Shown here: positions 1-10,209 of the stretch, one piece after another | Position numbering within the stretch: the stretch's first letter is position 1 | Layout: every line of letters begins with the position of its first letter | Source: Candidatus Hydrogenedentales bacterium | GTDB lineage: Bacteria > Hydrogenedentota > Hydrogenedentia > Hydrogenedentales > GCA-2746185 | Assembly: GCA_038916785.1 (NCBI GenBank) | Contig: JBCLBO010000001.1 | Span: 69,987 to 133,986 of the forward strand | Direction: 5' to 3' | DNA: 64,000 bases | Position numbers and translations under genes: made by a program | The notes under the pieces: model-generated | The model's database searches: none | Told to the model about the DNA's origin: nothing | What the model saw: the letters and a program-made list of their open reading frames with translations, nothing else

Positions 1-1076
1 CACGGTCGCTTCTCGCGGACTGTTGCGGACTTTTCAAGAAAGCATTCATTCAGTCGGTGAAAGCCTTTCGCTTTCAGCTGCGGAGATCGTTGGCATAGTG
101 GCTGGGCGCTTTTGGGATATCCGTGATTGAGGTGAAGAGTGAATTTTTCTGAATTTACAGCGCCGCTTGGTCTTTTGGCTGCGAATCGGCGGATTGTTAC
201 CTCGATCTTGAAAATACTCAAGTCGGGCCTCGCGTACTGTGAACAATAGCGTGTTTCCAGTTCTATCTCGTCCAGCTTATCTTCCAAAAAGTCGTAGAAA
301 CTCATGCGCTCGCCCTTGATTGTAACGACGAGTTCATGTTGTTCGGGATAGACGCTGTAGACCAAAAAGAGAGATCCCTCTCGTAACTCAAAGCGGGAAA
401 AACTCTTGGCATAGGCATGAGCAAGCTTGCTTGCGTCAGAAATTCGGTGGCCATTGGCAACATTCTTTGGAACGCGCTCTTCGTTTTCGGAAAGTTCGTC
501 GCCGAGTCGGAGCATTGCTGCAAGTAGCAATAGTCGTGGAGGACCTATACCGTCTACTTCGATACTCCGAAAAGTGTCCTTGTCATACTCGGGATGGGAG
601 CCACCGTGGACACGCGCTACGTCGTAGATTTGCTGCGTCGCCGCAGGTACGAACAGGTCTTTGTGATCTTGGATAACGACGTAGCACCGGTCGGCATGGT
701 CCTTTCGTTTGACAACATTTTGCGCATCGTGTACGTGCGCAGCGGACAGCAGAATATATGCTTCCAATGGAGAGATTGGAGTTCCTGGCGTGCTAGTCGC
801 CTCTTCAGCCAACTTGTCGAGGCTCTTGATCAGATCGAAAATATGTTGACACCCGTGAACGGTGTAGAGGTTGGGGGCAGTTCCGTCACTTCTCGTCAAT
901 TCACTCATAGCCAAGCCCAAATCAACGTATGGGTGTTTACTGGCAAAGAAGGAAGTCTCAAGCGCGCGAAAAAAATTCAGATACGTTTGGGCTTCGGCAT
1001 GATCAGGATCCGTAACATTACGGGACGCCTGTTCCAGCAGGGAAACTAGAAAGCCATTTGTTCTGTAAATACTCAT
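1..1076 (-). CDS. HD-superfamily phosphohydrolase (HD-CE-like), 3' end runs off the window; not in the ORF track
   Basis: Manual translation from the ATG at 1076 (ATGA overlap with the MTase stop) gives 358 codons with no stop: MSIYRTNG...NLYTVHGCQHIFDLI...EAYILLSAAHVHDAQN...ARVHGG...LLAAMLRLGDELSE, an H...HD...H...D pattern. Confidence 0.8.
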   Translation of the reverse strand, partial: MSIYRTNGFLVSLLEQASRNVTDPDHAEAQTYLNFFRALETSFFASKHPYVDLGLAMSELTRSDGTAPNLYTVHGCQHIFDLIKSLDKLAEEATSTPGTPISPLEAYILLSAAHVHDAQNVVKRKDHADRCYVVIQDHKDLFVPAATQQIYDVARVHGGSHPEYDKDTFRSIEVDGIGPPRLLLLAAMLRLGDELSENEERVPKNVANGHRISDASKLAHAYAKSFSRFELREGSLFLVYSVYPEQHELVVTIKGERMSFYDFLEDKLDEIELETRYCSQYARPDLSIFKIEVTIRRFAAKRPSGAVNSEKFTLHLNHGYPKSAQPLCQRSPQLKAKGFHRLNECFLEKSATVREKRP

Positions 1077-2146
1077 TGGAGCATTATTCCGCGGAAGACA
1101 GCTTCGGATAATTTCGGCGGCACCATATTCCCGACCTGCTGTTGCTGAAATCCTATCGTGCCACTGAAACAGAAATCGTCAGGCACTGATTGAATTCGTG
1201 CAGCTTCGCGAATCGAAAGGCCTCGATTCTCGGTGGGGTGAATTAGCATGTTTTTCCTAAAATTTCCTATCACTACTGATGGCTTTGCAGGATCAAGTCG
1301 GCGGTAAATCCATGCATGGCAACGTTCGCGATCGGTGTAATTCCGAAATAGCGATTCGGGTACGTCCTCCCAGTTTCCGCCAGGAGGCACGTGCCGATAG
1401 CGCTCAATGATGTGTGTAGCGCTTTTCGTCACTAGGTTTCCGCGCACCGTCCGACAACCATTTCGCAAACCCCGGACGTACTTGCTGGTCGCCTTAGCCT
1501 TGTAGGGCAGTTCATCGACATTCGAACCGTTGTCGAGGGTTGGCAAATCCCGAATTGCCGTACGGACCGAGACTGCCTTACCAACATGAGGAGTTGGAAA
1601 ATCATAAGAGTGACCAGTCCGTGAACCAACAAAGAAAGCCCTGGTTCGACTCTGGGGCACTCCGAAGTCGCGAGCATTGAGCAATTGAAAGGCGGTTGTA
1701 TACCCGATTTTCTCCAATGCTTTGAGCACGGAAATTACAAATCGACCGCCTTCGGTCTCAGTGATTCCCTTAACATTTTCCATAACGACCCAATCGGGCT
1801 TCCATTGCTTAACGAGACGCACGAATTCCTTGAATAGCCAATTATTCGGGTTTTGAGCGTTGCGCGTTTTCTGGTTGGAAGTAGAAAACCCTTGACACGG
1901 CGGACCGCCAAAAATTACAGACATCGCACCACGCGGTTTTGGAGGTAGAGTCTTCAAGGCTCTTATGTCGCCAACATGCATCGGGATGTCGGGAAAGTTC
2001 AACTGATAAGTGGCAGCAGCTTTCGAACACTTTTCGACTGCGAAAATGACATCCACTCCGGCTCGCGTGGCTCCTAAAGTCATTCCGCCTGCGCCACAAA
2101 ATAAATCTATGCCGACCAATCTTTTTTGATTTTTCAGTCGATGCAT
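1073..2146 (-). CDS. DNA (cytosine-5)-methyltransferase
   Basis: Motif I DLFCGAGG, catalytic GGPPCQGFS, ENV, QSRTRAF, HP...RGLSIREAARIQ, GNMVPP. Confidence 0.96.
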   Translation of the reverse strand: MHRLKNQKRLVGIDLFCGAGGMTLGATRAGVDVIFAVEKCSKAAATYQLNFPDIPMHVGDIRALKTLPPKPRGAMSVIFGGPPCQGFSTSNQKTRNAQNPNNWLFKEFVRLVKQWKPDWVVMENVKGITETEGGRFVISVLKALEKIGYTTAFQLLNARDFGVPQSRTRAFFVGSRTGHSYDFPTPHVGKAVSVRTAIRDLPTLDNGSNVDELPYKAKATSKYVRGLRNGCRTVRGNLVTKSATHIIERYRHVPPGGNWEDVPESLFRNYTDRERCHAWIYRRLDPAKPSVVIGNFRKNMLIHPTENRGLSIREAARIQSVPDDFCFSGTIGFQQQQVGNMVPPKLSEAVFRGIMLQ

Positions 2147-2232
2147 AGTGGCAGAGAGATCCTAAAGGGCAGGAAACATACACCATCAGAGTCTATAATG
2201 CGAAACTGTACACCTATATGCAAACGAAAGCG

Positions 2233-3246
2233 TTACGACACCTTCACCAACTGTTTCCCCATATTCTCGCCCTTGAGCATTCGCATGAAGGCTTTGGGGG
2301 TGTTTTCTAGGCCGTCGAGAATGTCTTCGCGGTATTTTAGTTTGCCTTCTTTTAGCCATTGGCCCATTTGCTGGATGCCTTCGGGCCAGCGATTCATGAA
2401 GCGGGAGACGATGAAGCCTTCTGCCCGGGCTTGTTTGACGAGGAGGGTCATGTAGGTGGAGCGGGGGCCCATGTCGGGTTTTTCTAGGTTGTATTGCGAG
2501 ATGACGCCGCAGATGCTGATGCGGGCGAAGTTGGCTAGGTTCATGAAGACGGCGTCGGTCATTTCGCCGCCGACGTTGTCGAAGTAGCAGTCGATGCCTT
2601 TGGGGCAGAGTTCGCGGATTTTTCCGGCGAAGTCTTTGGTGGGGACGGTTTTGTAGTTGAAGGCGGCGTCGTAGCCGCAGTCGTTGAGGAGGTACTTCAC
2701 TTTGTCATCGGAGCCGGCGCTGCCGACGACGCGCAGGCCTTTAATCTTGGCGATCTGGCCGACGATCGCGCCGACCGCTCCGGCCGCGCCGGAGACGTAC
2801 GCGGTCTCGCCGGCTTTGGGCGTGCAGATGTCGAGGAAGCCGAAGTAGGCCGTCATGCCGGGCATGCCGAGGACGCCGAGCGCCATGGAGATGGACGCGA
2901 GGCGCGGGTCGAGCTTTTGGACGTCGGCGCCGGTGCTGAGGTGGTAGTCCTGCCAGCCCCACATGCCGAGGACGGCCTGGCCTTTGGGGAACTCGGGGTG
3001 GTTCGACTCGACGACTTCGCCAACGGCGCCGCCGGGAATGGGCTTGCCGATTTCGAAGGGGTCGACGTAGCTGCGCACGCCGGTCATGCGGCCGCGCATG
3101 TAGGGATCGACGGAGAGGAATTTGGTGCGGACGACGAATTGGCCGGGGCCGGCTTTGGGCATGGGCAGTTCGAGTTGCTTGAAGTCGGAGTCTTTGGGAA
3201 AGCCGGCGGGGTGTGCGGCCAGCGCGATGGCGCGATTGGTGGACAT
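2233..3246 (-). CDS. NADP-dependent oxidoreductase (CurA/prostaglandin reductase-like MDR)
   Basis: LSVDPYMRGRM, GMPGMTAYFG, SGAAGAVG, YFDNVGG; start moved to MSTNRAI at 3246. Confidence 0.92.
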   Translation of the reverse strand: MSTNRAIALAAHPAGFPKDSDFKQLELPMPKAGPGQFVVRTKFLSVDPYMRGRMTGVRSYVDPFEIGKPIPGGAVGEVVESNHPEFPKGQAVLGMWGWQDYHLSTGADVQKLDPRLASISMALGVLGMPGMTAYFGFLDICTPKAGETAYVSGAAGAVGAIVGQIAKIKGLRVVGSAGSDDKVKYLLNDCGYDAAFNYKTVPTKDFAGKIRELCPKGIDCYFDNVGGEMTDAVFMNLANFARISICGVISQYNLEKPDMGPRSTYMTLLVKQARAEGFIVSRFMNRWPEGIQQMGQWLKEGKLKYREDILDGLENTPKAFMRMLKGENMGKQLVKVS

Positions 3247-3463
3247 GGTGTGCAGTCTCCCTGGGTGAGAAAAGGGGATTGTCTCAGGCGGCGCGAGGCG
3301 GGTCAAGGTTTTACCGCTTTCAAATTGCTGGGTCAAAGGTCGTTAGTGAGTCCCTCCGGGACTGAGGTTTGCCGAGGCACGGGGCCGTATATATAGTGAG
3401 CGTGAAGCGCGGAAGATCAAGGGTCGACTACGAGCACGATTACGATAGGGGCTGGGGATTCTG

Positions 3464-4567
3464 ATGGCGGGCGTTATTCTCGATAAGGTGTCGAAGGTGT
3501 TTCCCGGCGACGTGGTCGCCGTGAAGGATTTTTCGATGGAGATCGCCGACGGCGAATTTGTCGTGCTGGTCGGGCCGTCGGGCTGTGGGAAATCGACGAC
3601 GCTGCGGATGATCGCGGGGCTGGAGGAGATTTCGTCGGGCGAGGTCCGGATCGGCGATCGCGTGGTGAACGAGGTCGAGCCGAAGGACCGTGATATCGCG
3701 ATGGTCTTTCAGAATTACGCTTTGTACCCCCACATGACCGTGTACAAGAACATGGCGTTTGGGCTGAAACTGCGCAAGATTCCTCGCAAAGAAATCGATG
3801 CGAAGGTGCGCGAGACGGCGCGGGTGCTGGGCATCGAGGAGTTGCTGGGGCGCAAGCCGAAGGCGCTCTCGGGCGGTCAGCGGCAGCGCGTGGCGGTGGG
3901 CCGGGCGATCGTGCGCGATCCGAAGGTGTTTCTGTTTGACGAGCCGCTGTCGAACCTGGACGCGATGCTGCGCGTGCAGATGCGCGGCGAGATCGGAAAG
4001 TTACATAGGCGTCTCGGCACGACGATGATCTACGTGACGCACGATCAGGTCGAAGCGATGACGATGGGCGACCGGATCGTCGTGATGCTGGGAGGGGAAA
4101 TCCAGCAGATCGCGACGCCGATGGATTTGTACAGGAAACCTAAGAACAAATTTGTGGCCGGATTCATCGGCACGCCTCCGATGAATTTCTTGGACGGCAC
4201 CCTGCGCGGGCAGAACGGCGCGTTACGATTTGTCGCGGGCGATGGGGTCGCGCTGGACGTCGATCCGCGGAGCTATCCCGGTCTCGGCCGCTACGAGGGC
4301 AAGCAGATCACGATGGGATTGCGCCCGGAGGCGTTTATCGAGAATCCGTCCCAGGCTGCGGTGGCCGGCAAGAGCCTGACGGCCATCGTGACGCTGGTCG
4401 AGCCGCTGGGCGCGGAGACCTATCTCTACCTTGACGCCGCGGGCCACGCGCTGACGGCACGCGTCTCGGGCGATGTGCAGCCGCGGACGGCATCCGCTCA
4501 CGTGCTGGACGTCGATATGAGCCGAGCGCACTACTTTGATCCGATCACCGAGGCGGCGATAGTTTAG
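3464..4567 (+). CDS. Carbohydrate ABC transporter ATP-binding protein (MalK/MsmX family)
   Basis: [37 protein letters not shown]-terminal TOBE-like region. Confidence 0.95.
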   Translation: MAGVILDKVSKVFPGDVVAVKDFSMEIADGEFVVLVGPSGCGKSTTLRMIAGLEEISSGEVRIGDRVVNEVEPKDRDIAMVFQNYALYPHMTVYKNMAFGLKLRKIPRKEIDAKVRETARVLGIEELLGRKPKALSGGQRQRVAVGRAIVRDPKVFLFDEPLSNLDAMLRVQMRGEIGKLHRRLGTTMIYVTHDQVEAMTMGDRIVVMLGGEIQQIATPMDLYRKPKNKFVAGFIGTPPMNFLDGTLRGQNGALRFVAGDGVALDVDPRSYPGLGRYEGKQITMGLRPEAFIENPSQAAVAGKSLTAIVTLVEPLGAETYLYLDAAGHALTARVSGDVQPRTASAHVLDVDMSRAHYFDPITEAAIV

Positions 4568-4782
4568 CCGCGAGCACGTCCGGCAGAGAGGCTGCGGCAT
4601 GTCCAATAGTCCAAAGACGCGATACGCCAAGAGCGGCGCTCGATTTCTCGACTGTTTTTTTCGACAACGTTCGGGGAAGGGCGGAGGGGCTGATCGGGTG
4701 AAACGAGGGCTGCGGGAGGACTTTGACGAAAACGGTCGATAGGGCCTGGAATTGGCGCAGTTCTCGTTGAGGTCACATTTCG

Positions 4783-4838
4783 TAAGTGCCTGAAAACAAT
4801 AGAGTTATGTATGCACTGCGATGTGGCACAGAATATGC
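4783..4838 (+). promoter_or_regulatory. sigma54 promoter (TGGCACAGAATATGC, 4824-4838) with upstream IHF-like site (4783-4807)
   Basis: GG-N10-GC spacing; upstream TAAGTGCCTGAAAACAATAGAGTTA resembles WATCAANNNNTTR. Confidence 0.65.
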
Positions 4839-4849
4839 CCTGGATGGGT

Positions 4850-5024
4850 GGTTGCGAGAGTTGATACCCAGCGGTCGCCCTGGCCGCGACAGGCATCCCC
4901 CCGACGCCTGATTGGGTTGAGAGCTTCGTGGCCGAGTTAGTAGTCCCCTGCCCTCCAAGGGCGATGCCCTTGGGGCGGGAGCACGGAGACCGGACCGCAG
5001 CGCGGGCCGGCCTCCACTTTTTTT
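4850..5024 (+). ncRNA. Candidate structured sRNA or attenuator leader
   Basis: Follows the sigma54 promoter; consecutive hairpins (GTCGC/GCGAC, AGGC/GCCT, CCAAGGGC-GAT-GCCCTTGG), then a GGAGACCGGACCGC/GCGGGCCGGCCTCC hairpin and T7. Confidence 0.5.
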
Positions 5025-5074
5025 GGGGTTGTGCGCAGTCTGTTATCCTCGCGCGGGAAGCTGGGGGAGCGCGC

Positions 5075-6076
5075 TTGGCCGTCACATCGCTGGAACCGTT
5101 CGCCGATCGCCGGGTGTTGGTGCTGGGCGGCTTGGGCTTCATAGGGAGCACGCTGGCGATTCGCTGCGCGGAGGCGGGCGCCCGGGTGACGGTGCTCGAT
5201 TCGCTGATCAACCACGGCGGCGGCAATCCCGTGAATCTGGCCGGGTACGAGAGCCGGATTCGAGTCATTATCAACGACATCCGGGATTTCCTGCTGATCA
5301 ATCCGGTGGTGGTCGAGCAGGATTTCATTTTCAATTGCGCGGGGCACACCTCGCACGCCTATTCCATGCGCGATCCGTTTTTGGACATCGACATCAATTG
5401 CAAAGGGTCGATGAATATATTGGAAGCGCTGCGCGGGGCGAAGTCGCCGGCGCGGATCGTGTACGTGGGGACGAGTACGCAGTGCGGGCCGATGCTGCGC
5501 GATCCGATCGACGAGGAGCACCCGGAGTATCCGCTGGACATCTATTCGGCGAACAAGAGCGCGGCGGAGAAGTATCATCTGATTTACCATCGCGCGCATG
5601 GTCTGCGGACGACGGTGGTGCGGTTGGCGAACGTGTATGGCCCACGGGCGAACATTAAGAATCCCCACGGCGGCGTTCTCAATTATTTCGTGGGGCTCGC
5701 GCTGCAAGGCAAGGACCTGACGATTTACGGCGAGGGCACGCAGCGGCGCAACGTGCTGTATGTGGATGATTGCGTGGACGCGATTCTTTCGGTGGCGGCG
5801 AGCGATGCGGGGCTGGGGCAGACGCTGTTCGCGGCGGGTGACGAGGAATATACGGTGGCGGAGTTTGCGGCGCGGCTGGTGGATATCCTGGGCCGCGGGG
5901 CGGTGAAACACGTGCCGTGGCCGGAGAACTGGGTGTCGATGGACGTGGGCGACGTTTCGGTTTCCAGCGCGCGCATCCGCGAATTGATTGGGTGGCGGCC
6001 GACGACGCCGCTTGAACTGGGAATCCGCAGGACCTGGGAGTATTTTTTGGCGCGACTCGAACGGTATTTGAAGTAG
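5075..6076 (+). CDS. NAD-dependent nucleotide-sugar epimerase/dehydratase (extended SDR)
   Basis: [13 protein letters not shown] (YxxxK), NVYGP; TTG start at 5075 after GGGGGAG. Confidence 0.9.
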   Translation: MAVTSLEPFADRRVLVLGGLGFIGSTLAIRCAEAGARVTVLDSLINHGGGNPVNLAGYESRIRVIINDIRDFLLINPVVVEQDFIFNCAGHTSHAYSMRDPFLDIDINCKGSMNILEALRGAKSPARIVYVGTSTQCGPMLRDPIDEEHPEYPLDIYSANKSAAEKYHLIYHRAHGLRTTVVRLANVYGPRANIKNPHGGVLNYFVGLALQGKDLTIYGEGTQRRNVLYVDDCVDAILSVAASDAGLGQTLFAAGDEEYTVAEFAARLVDILGRGAVKHVPWPENWVSMDVGDVSVSSARIRELIGWRPTTPLELGIRRTWEYFLARLERYLK

Positions 6077-6195
6077 GGACGCTGAGCGAGGGTGGAGTTT
6101 CGGGTGAGTGAGATTGCGTCGTCGGCCGCAGAACTGAGCGCGTGAGTGAGGGGCGGATCGCTGGCGCGGCCCCCTCGCAATGACGGGAGACAGCG

Positions 6196-7173
6196 ATGTA
6201 TATCGAAGTGGTCGGTGCAGGGAGCTGGGGGCTGGCGCTGGCGCGGGTGGCGGCGTTGAACGGCCATCGCGTGCGCTTGTGGTGCCGGGCGGAGGACGGG
6301 CCGGAGCAACTGCGCGAGTCGCGGACGAGTCCGGTGTATCTGCCAGGCGTGAAACTCCCGGAGTCGGTCGAGATTTCACTGGACGACGATCCGTCGGTGG
6401 ACATCGCCGTGCTGGCAGTGCCGTCGCATGTGATGCGCACGGCGGCGGAGTTGCACCGGTTCTCGGAGAAGACGATTCGAGTGAGCGTGGCGAAGGGGAT
6501 CGAAAACGAAAGCCTCCAGCGGATGTCGGAAGTGATCCGCGAGGTGAGCGGCACGCGGCGGATTGTGGTGCTGTCGGGACCGAGCCATGCGGAGGAAGTG
6601 GGGAAGGACTTGCCGTGCAGCGTGTGCGTAGCGGCGGAGGACATGGACCTGGCGTCGATCGTGCAACAGGCGTTTATGAGCGCGGCGTTCCGCGTGTATA
6701 CGACGCCGGATGTCGTGGGCGTGGAGCTGGGCGGATCGCTGAAGAATGTGATCGCTATCGCGGCGGGCGTGTGCGACGGGTTGGCGCTGGGGGACAACGC
6801 GCGGTCGGCGCTGATCACGCGCGGACTCGCGGAGATGTCCCGGCTGGGCGTGGCGATGGGGGCGGACCCGCTCACCTTCGCGGGGCTCAGCGGCATGGGC
6901 GATTTGATCGCGACGTGCACGAGCACGCACTCGCGCAATCACAGCGTGGGCACGCGGATCGCCAAAGGGATGACGCCGGAGCAGGCGGTAGCGGCGTCGC
7001 CGATGGTGGCGGAGGGTGTGCGGACGTCGAAGTCGGTGCATGCGCTCGCGCGGCGGCACCTTGTGGAGATGCCGATTTCGGAGCAGGTATACCGCGTGCT
7101 CTTCGAGGGCGCGGACCCGCGCGAGGCGATCGTGGAGCTGATGACGCGCGAGGCGCGGACGGAGCTGGGGTGA
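6196..7173 (+). CDS. gpsA: NAD(P)H-dependent glycerol-3-phosphate dehydrogenase
   Basis: GAGSWG, AKGIE, LSGPSHAEEV, GGSLKNVIAIAAG, GLSGMGDLIATC..SRN. Confidence 0.96.
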   Translation: MYIEVVGAGSWGLALARVAALNGHRVRLWCRAEDGPEQLRESRTSPVYLPGVKLPESVEISLDDDPSVDIAVLAVPSHVMRTAAELHRFSEKTIRVSVAKGIENESLQRMSEVIREVSGTRRIVVLSGPSHAEEVGKDLPCSVCVAAEDMDLASIVQQAFMSAAFRVYTTPDVVGVELGGSLKNVIAIAAGVCDGLALGDNARSALITRGLAEMSRLGVAMGADPLTFAGLSGMGDLIATCTSTHSRNHSVGTRIAKGMTPEQAVAASPMVAEGVRTSKSVHALARRHLVEMPISEQVYRVLFEGADPREAIVELMTREARTELG

Positions 7174-7199
7174 GTGGACCTAGTGGACGGAGTGGGGCG

Positions 7200-7664
7200 A
7201 TGAACGGGGACGCGGTGCAGGAACTCATGCATATCAAGACCTGCTTCGGGTGTGGCACTGAGAATGCCCTCGGATTGCAACTCAAGACGCGCTGGAACGG
7301 TACGGAGGGCGTCTGCCATTTCGAGCCGCGGCCACACATGGTGGCGGCGCCGGGCGTGTTGAATGGAGGGATCATCGCGACGCTGATCGATTGCCATTCG
7401 GTGAGCACGGCGATGGCGCACTTGTATCAGGCCGAGGGCCGGGCATTTGGATCGGAGCCGGGGATTTGGTGCGTGACGGCTTCGCTGAACGTGGATTTTA
7501 GGCGGCCTACTCCGGCGGATCAGCCGATCGAATTGCGCGCGCGGGTGACGGCGGACGATCGAGAGCGCGGCCGCGTCACGGTTGGGTGCGTGCTGAGCGC
7601 GGCGGGCAAGGAGCGGGCGGTGGGGACGGTGGTGGCGGTGCGGCTGAGGGAGAGCCGGGGGTGA
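7200..7664 (+). CDS. PaaI-family hotdog-fold thioesterase
   Basis: CFGCG..N..GL, GVLNGGIIATLIDCH, VTASLNVDFRRPTP; start at ATG 7200. Confidence 0.88.
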   Translation: MNGDAVQELMHIKTCFGCGTENALGLQLKTRWNGTEGVCHFEPRPHMVAAPGVLNGGIIATLIDCHSVSTAMAHLYQAEGRAFGSEPGIWCVTASLNVDFRRPTPADQPIELRARVTADDRERGRVTVGCVLSAAGKERAVGTVVAVRLRESRG

Positions 7665-7719
7665 CGGGGGATGACAGTTGTAGGGAATGTCGCGGGAGGG
7701 TTGGGATTTTCTGGTGGAT

Positions 7720-7756
7720 GAGATTGCTTCGTCGCAAGCGCGCTCCTCGCAATGAC
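7720..7756. repeat. REP-like intergenic repeat ending in AATGAC
   Basis: GAGATTGCTTCG...CTCGCAATGAC; related copies at 6171-6186 (partial) and 56299-56326. Confidence 0.6.
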
Positions 7757-7859
7757 GGTTTAGGCGGGGTTTTCAACGGAGCAACCTTCTATCATTTGCG
7801 CAAGCATCTCTGGATTCCTTTGTGTTCCACGTCATACACTCGAAGCCTGCCGAAGAAAG

Positions 7860-7915
7860 GCAATCGGCATACCACGGGACGAAAGGCATACAACTCCTTT
7901 ATTTGCAATGAGTTA
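7860..7915 (-). promoter_or_regulatory. sigma54 promoter on the minus strand (TGGTATGCCGATTGC, 7874-7860) with IHF-like site (7892-7915)
   Basis: Close match to TGGYAYRNNNNTTGC; TTGCAATGAGTTA matches the IHF core CAANNNNTTR. Confidence 0.65.
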
Positions 7916-8113
7916 GGCCTAGTGATGGCCCGAAGGATCGTTCCGAATCTTGGCGAGAAAATCCACGGCGTGGACAAATTCGCTAAATTTCGCCCGCAAC
8001 TCGATCGTGATCGACCGGGCGCATCCCGCGCGAGTTGCGGCGATGGTGGGGCGTGCCTAGAATGGCGAGTTCGCGCGCGAGCTTGGCGCGTTGAGGTTTG
8101 GAATCGCACCTAG

Positions 8114-8956
8114 ATGACCTTCCGCATTCCCATACTCTGGTTGATTACAGCCGCCGTGTCCGTGGCCGCGACTCTGACCTTCGCGATTGCCTTTTATCCA
8201 CGCGGCGCCACGGAGGAAGAGAAGTACGCCGTTGCTGCGCAGCGCAAGAAGGCGTACGACACGATCGGCCAGGGCACGCAGGAATACTCCGCGGGAAAGA
8301 TCGACGCCGCGGTCGCCAAGTACCGCGAGGCGCTAACGATCGATCCCAAGGTAAGTTCCGCCTACTACCTAATCGGGACGACGGAGCTTAACGACGACAA
8401 GCTGAATGAAGCGGTGGCGCAGTTCGACCAGGCGCTCGCCTTCGACAAATATCCGGAACACATCTACAACAACCGCGGCGTCGCGCGTATGCGCCTGGGT
8501 GACACGAAGGGCGCGCTCAGCGATTTCGACGAAGCGCTTGCGCTACGCCCTTCGATGCTGCGACCGCGGATCAACCGCGGGCTGCTTCGACTTCAGCAGG
8601 GGGACGCGGCGGCGGCGGTCCAGGATCTAGACAGCGTGATCGCGGCGTGTGCGACGCCGGCCGATGGCATTGTGGCCTATGTCGGGCGCGGCATTGCGCG
8701 GGCAAAGCTCGGCGACCTGGCGGGCGCGGAAGCGGACCTCTCACTGGCGCGCGAATGGGCCGAGGGGAAGGAGCGCGTGCTCAATATTCTGCGAAACCGC
8801 GCGGCGCTGCGCGAGCTGAAGGGCGATGGGGTGGGCGCGCAGGTGGACCGCGCGGAGTATGAGCGCCTGAAGGAGTTGCCGGAGACGAGCAAAGAATTCG
8901 TGCGCCCGCTGAAGGGCGCCGGCGATCCAACAAACGGAAGGGACGGCCAGCGATGA
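8114..8956 (+). CDS. Membrane-anchored tetratricopeptide repeat protein
   Basis: N-terminal TM helix; TPR motifs ([18 protein letters not shown]). Confidence 0.88.
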   Translation: MTFRIPILWLITAAVSVAATLTFAIAFYPRGATEEEKYAVAAQRKKAYDTIGQGTQEYSAGKIDAAVAKYREALTIDPKVSSAYYLIGTTELNDDKLNEAVAQFDQALAFDKYPEHIYNNRGVARMRLGDTKGALSDFDEALALRPSMLRPRINRGLLRLQQGDAAAAVQDLDSVIAACATPADGIVAYVGRGIARAKLGDLAGAEADLSLAREWAEGKERVLNILRNRAALRELKGDGVGAQVDRAEYERLKELPETSKEFVRPLKGAGDPTNGRDGQR

Positions 8957-10191
8957 ATTTCGAGTATTCGCCAAAGGTGCAGGATTTACGCAAGCGACTC
9001 ACCGCGTTCATGGATGAAAACATTTATCCGAACGAGAAACTGGTCCATCAGCAGCTCGAGGAAGGCGATCGGTGGCAGCCGCTGCCGATCATCGAAGAGC
9101 TCAAGCCCAAAGCGCGCGCGGCCGGTTTGTGGAACCTCTTCTTGCCGGAGAGCAAGGCGGGCGCGGGGCTGACGAACCTGGAGTACGCGCCGCTGTGCGA
9201 GATCATGGGCCGCGTCCCCTTTGCGCCGGAGGTCTTCAATTGCTCCGCGCCGGACACGGGAAACATGGAAGTGCTCGAGCGCTACGGCAATGAGGAGCAC
9301 AAGATGAAATGGCTCAAGCCGCTGCTCGCGGGCGAGATTCGTTCCTGCTTCGCCATGACGGAGCCGGCCGTGGCCTCGTCCGACGCGACGAACATAGAAT
9401 CGTCGATCGAGCGCGACGGCGACGAGTACGTGATCAATGGGCGCAAGTGGTGGACCTCGGGCGCGGGCGATCCGCGCTGCAAGATCGCGATCTTCATGGG
9501 CAAGACCGATCGCACGGCGCCCTCGCACACGCAGCAGTCGATGATCCTCGTGCCGATGGACACCAAGGGCATCACGATCAAGCGGATGCTCACGGTGTTC
9601 GGGTACGACGACGCGCCGCACGGGCACGGCGAGGTGGTCTTCGACAACGTGCGCGTGCCGGCGTCGAACCTCCTCCTCGGCGAAGGCCGCGGCTTCGAAA
9701 TTGCCCAGGGGCGCCTCGGGCCGGGCCGCATTCACCACTGCATGCGCACGATCGGCGTGGCGGAGCGCGCGCTCGAGCTGATGTGCAAGCGCGTCGAGGA
9801 GCGCGTGGCCTTTGGCCGCCACCTCGCGGAGATGGGTACGATTCGGGCGAACATCGCGCAGTCGCGCATCGAGATCGAGCAGGCCCGCCTGCTCACGCTG
9901 AAGACCGCGGCGATGATGGACACGGTCGGCAACAAGGTCGCGCGCAAGGAGATCGCTATGATCAAGGTGCTCGCTCCGAATGTCACGCTGCGGGTGCTCG
10001 ATCGCGCGATCCAGGCGCACGGCGGCGCCGGCGTGTGCCAGGACTTTTTCCTGGCGAAGGCCTATGCCGGCACGCGCACGCTGCGCTTGGCGGACGGACC
10101 GGACGAGGTGCACCTGGAGACCATCGCAAAGGTCGAGCTCAAGGAACAACAGAAGCTCCGGCAGTCGCGCCAGCAGCCCGCGCGCGTCTGA
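8953..10191 (+). CDS. Acyl-CoA dehydrogenase (ACAD10/11-like)
   Basis: [59 protein letters not shown]. Confidence 0.96.
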   Translation: MNFEYSPKVQDLRKRLTAFMDENIYPNEKLVHQQLEEGDRWQPLPIIEELKPKARAAGLWNLFLPESKAGAGLTNLEYAPLCEIMGRVPFAPEVFNCSAPDTGNMEVLERYGNEEHKMKWLKPLLAGEIRSCFAMTEPAVASSDATNIESSIERDGDEYVINGRKWWTSGAGDPRCKIAIFMGKTDRTAPSHTQQSMILVPMDTKGITIKRMLTVFGYDDAPHGHGEVVFDNVRVPASNLLLGEGRGFEIAQGRLGPGRIHHCMRTIGVAERALELMCKRVEERVAFGRHLAEMGTIRANIAQSRIEIEQARLLTLKTAAMMDTVGNKVARKEIAMIKVLAPNVTLRVLDRAIQAHGGAGVCQDFFLAKAYAGTRTLRLADGPDEVHLETIAKVELKEQQKLRQSRQQPARV

Positions 10192-10209
10192 CGCGGAGGG
10201 AGGATCGCC

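Noticed and set aside
594-1049. 151-aa plus-strand ORF and other short ORFs in 1-1070
   Set aside because: They are shadows of the minus-strand HD-domain ORF, which has clear motifs and a coupled start
4928-5074. N-terminal extension of the epimerase
   Set aside because: It runs through hairpins and a T7 terminator; a better RBS and TTG lie at 5075 just before the Rossmann motif
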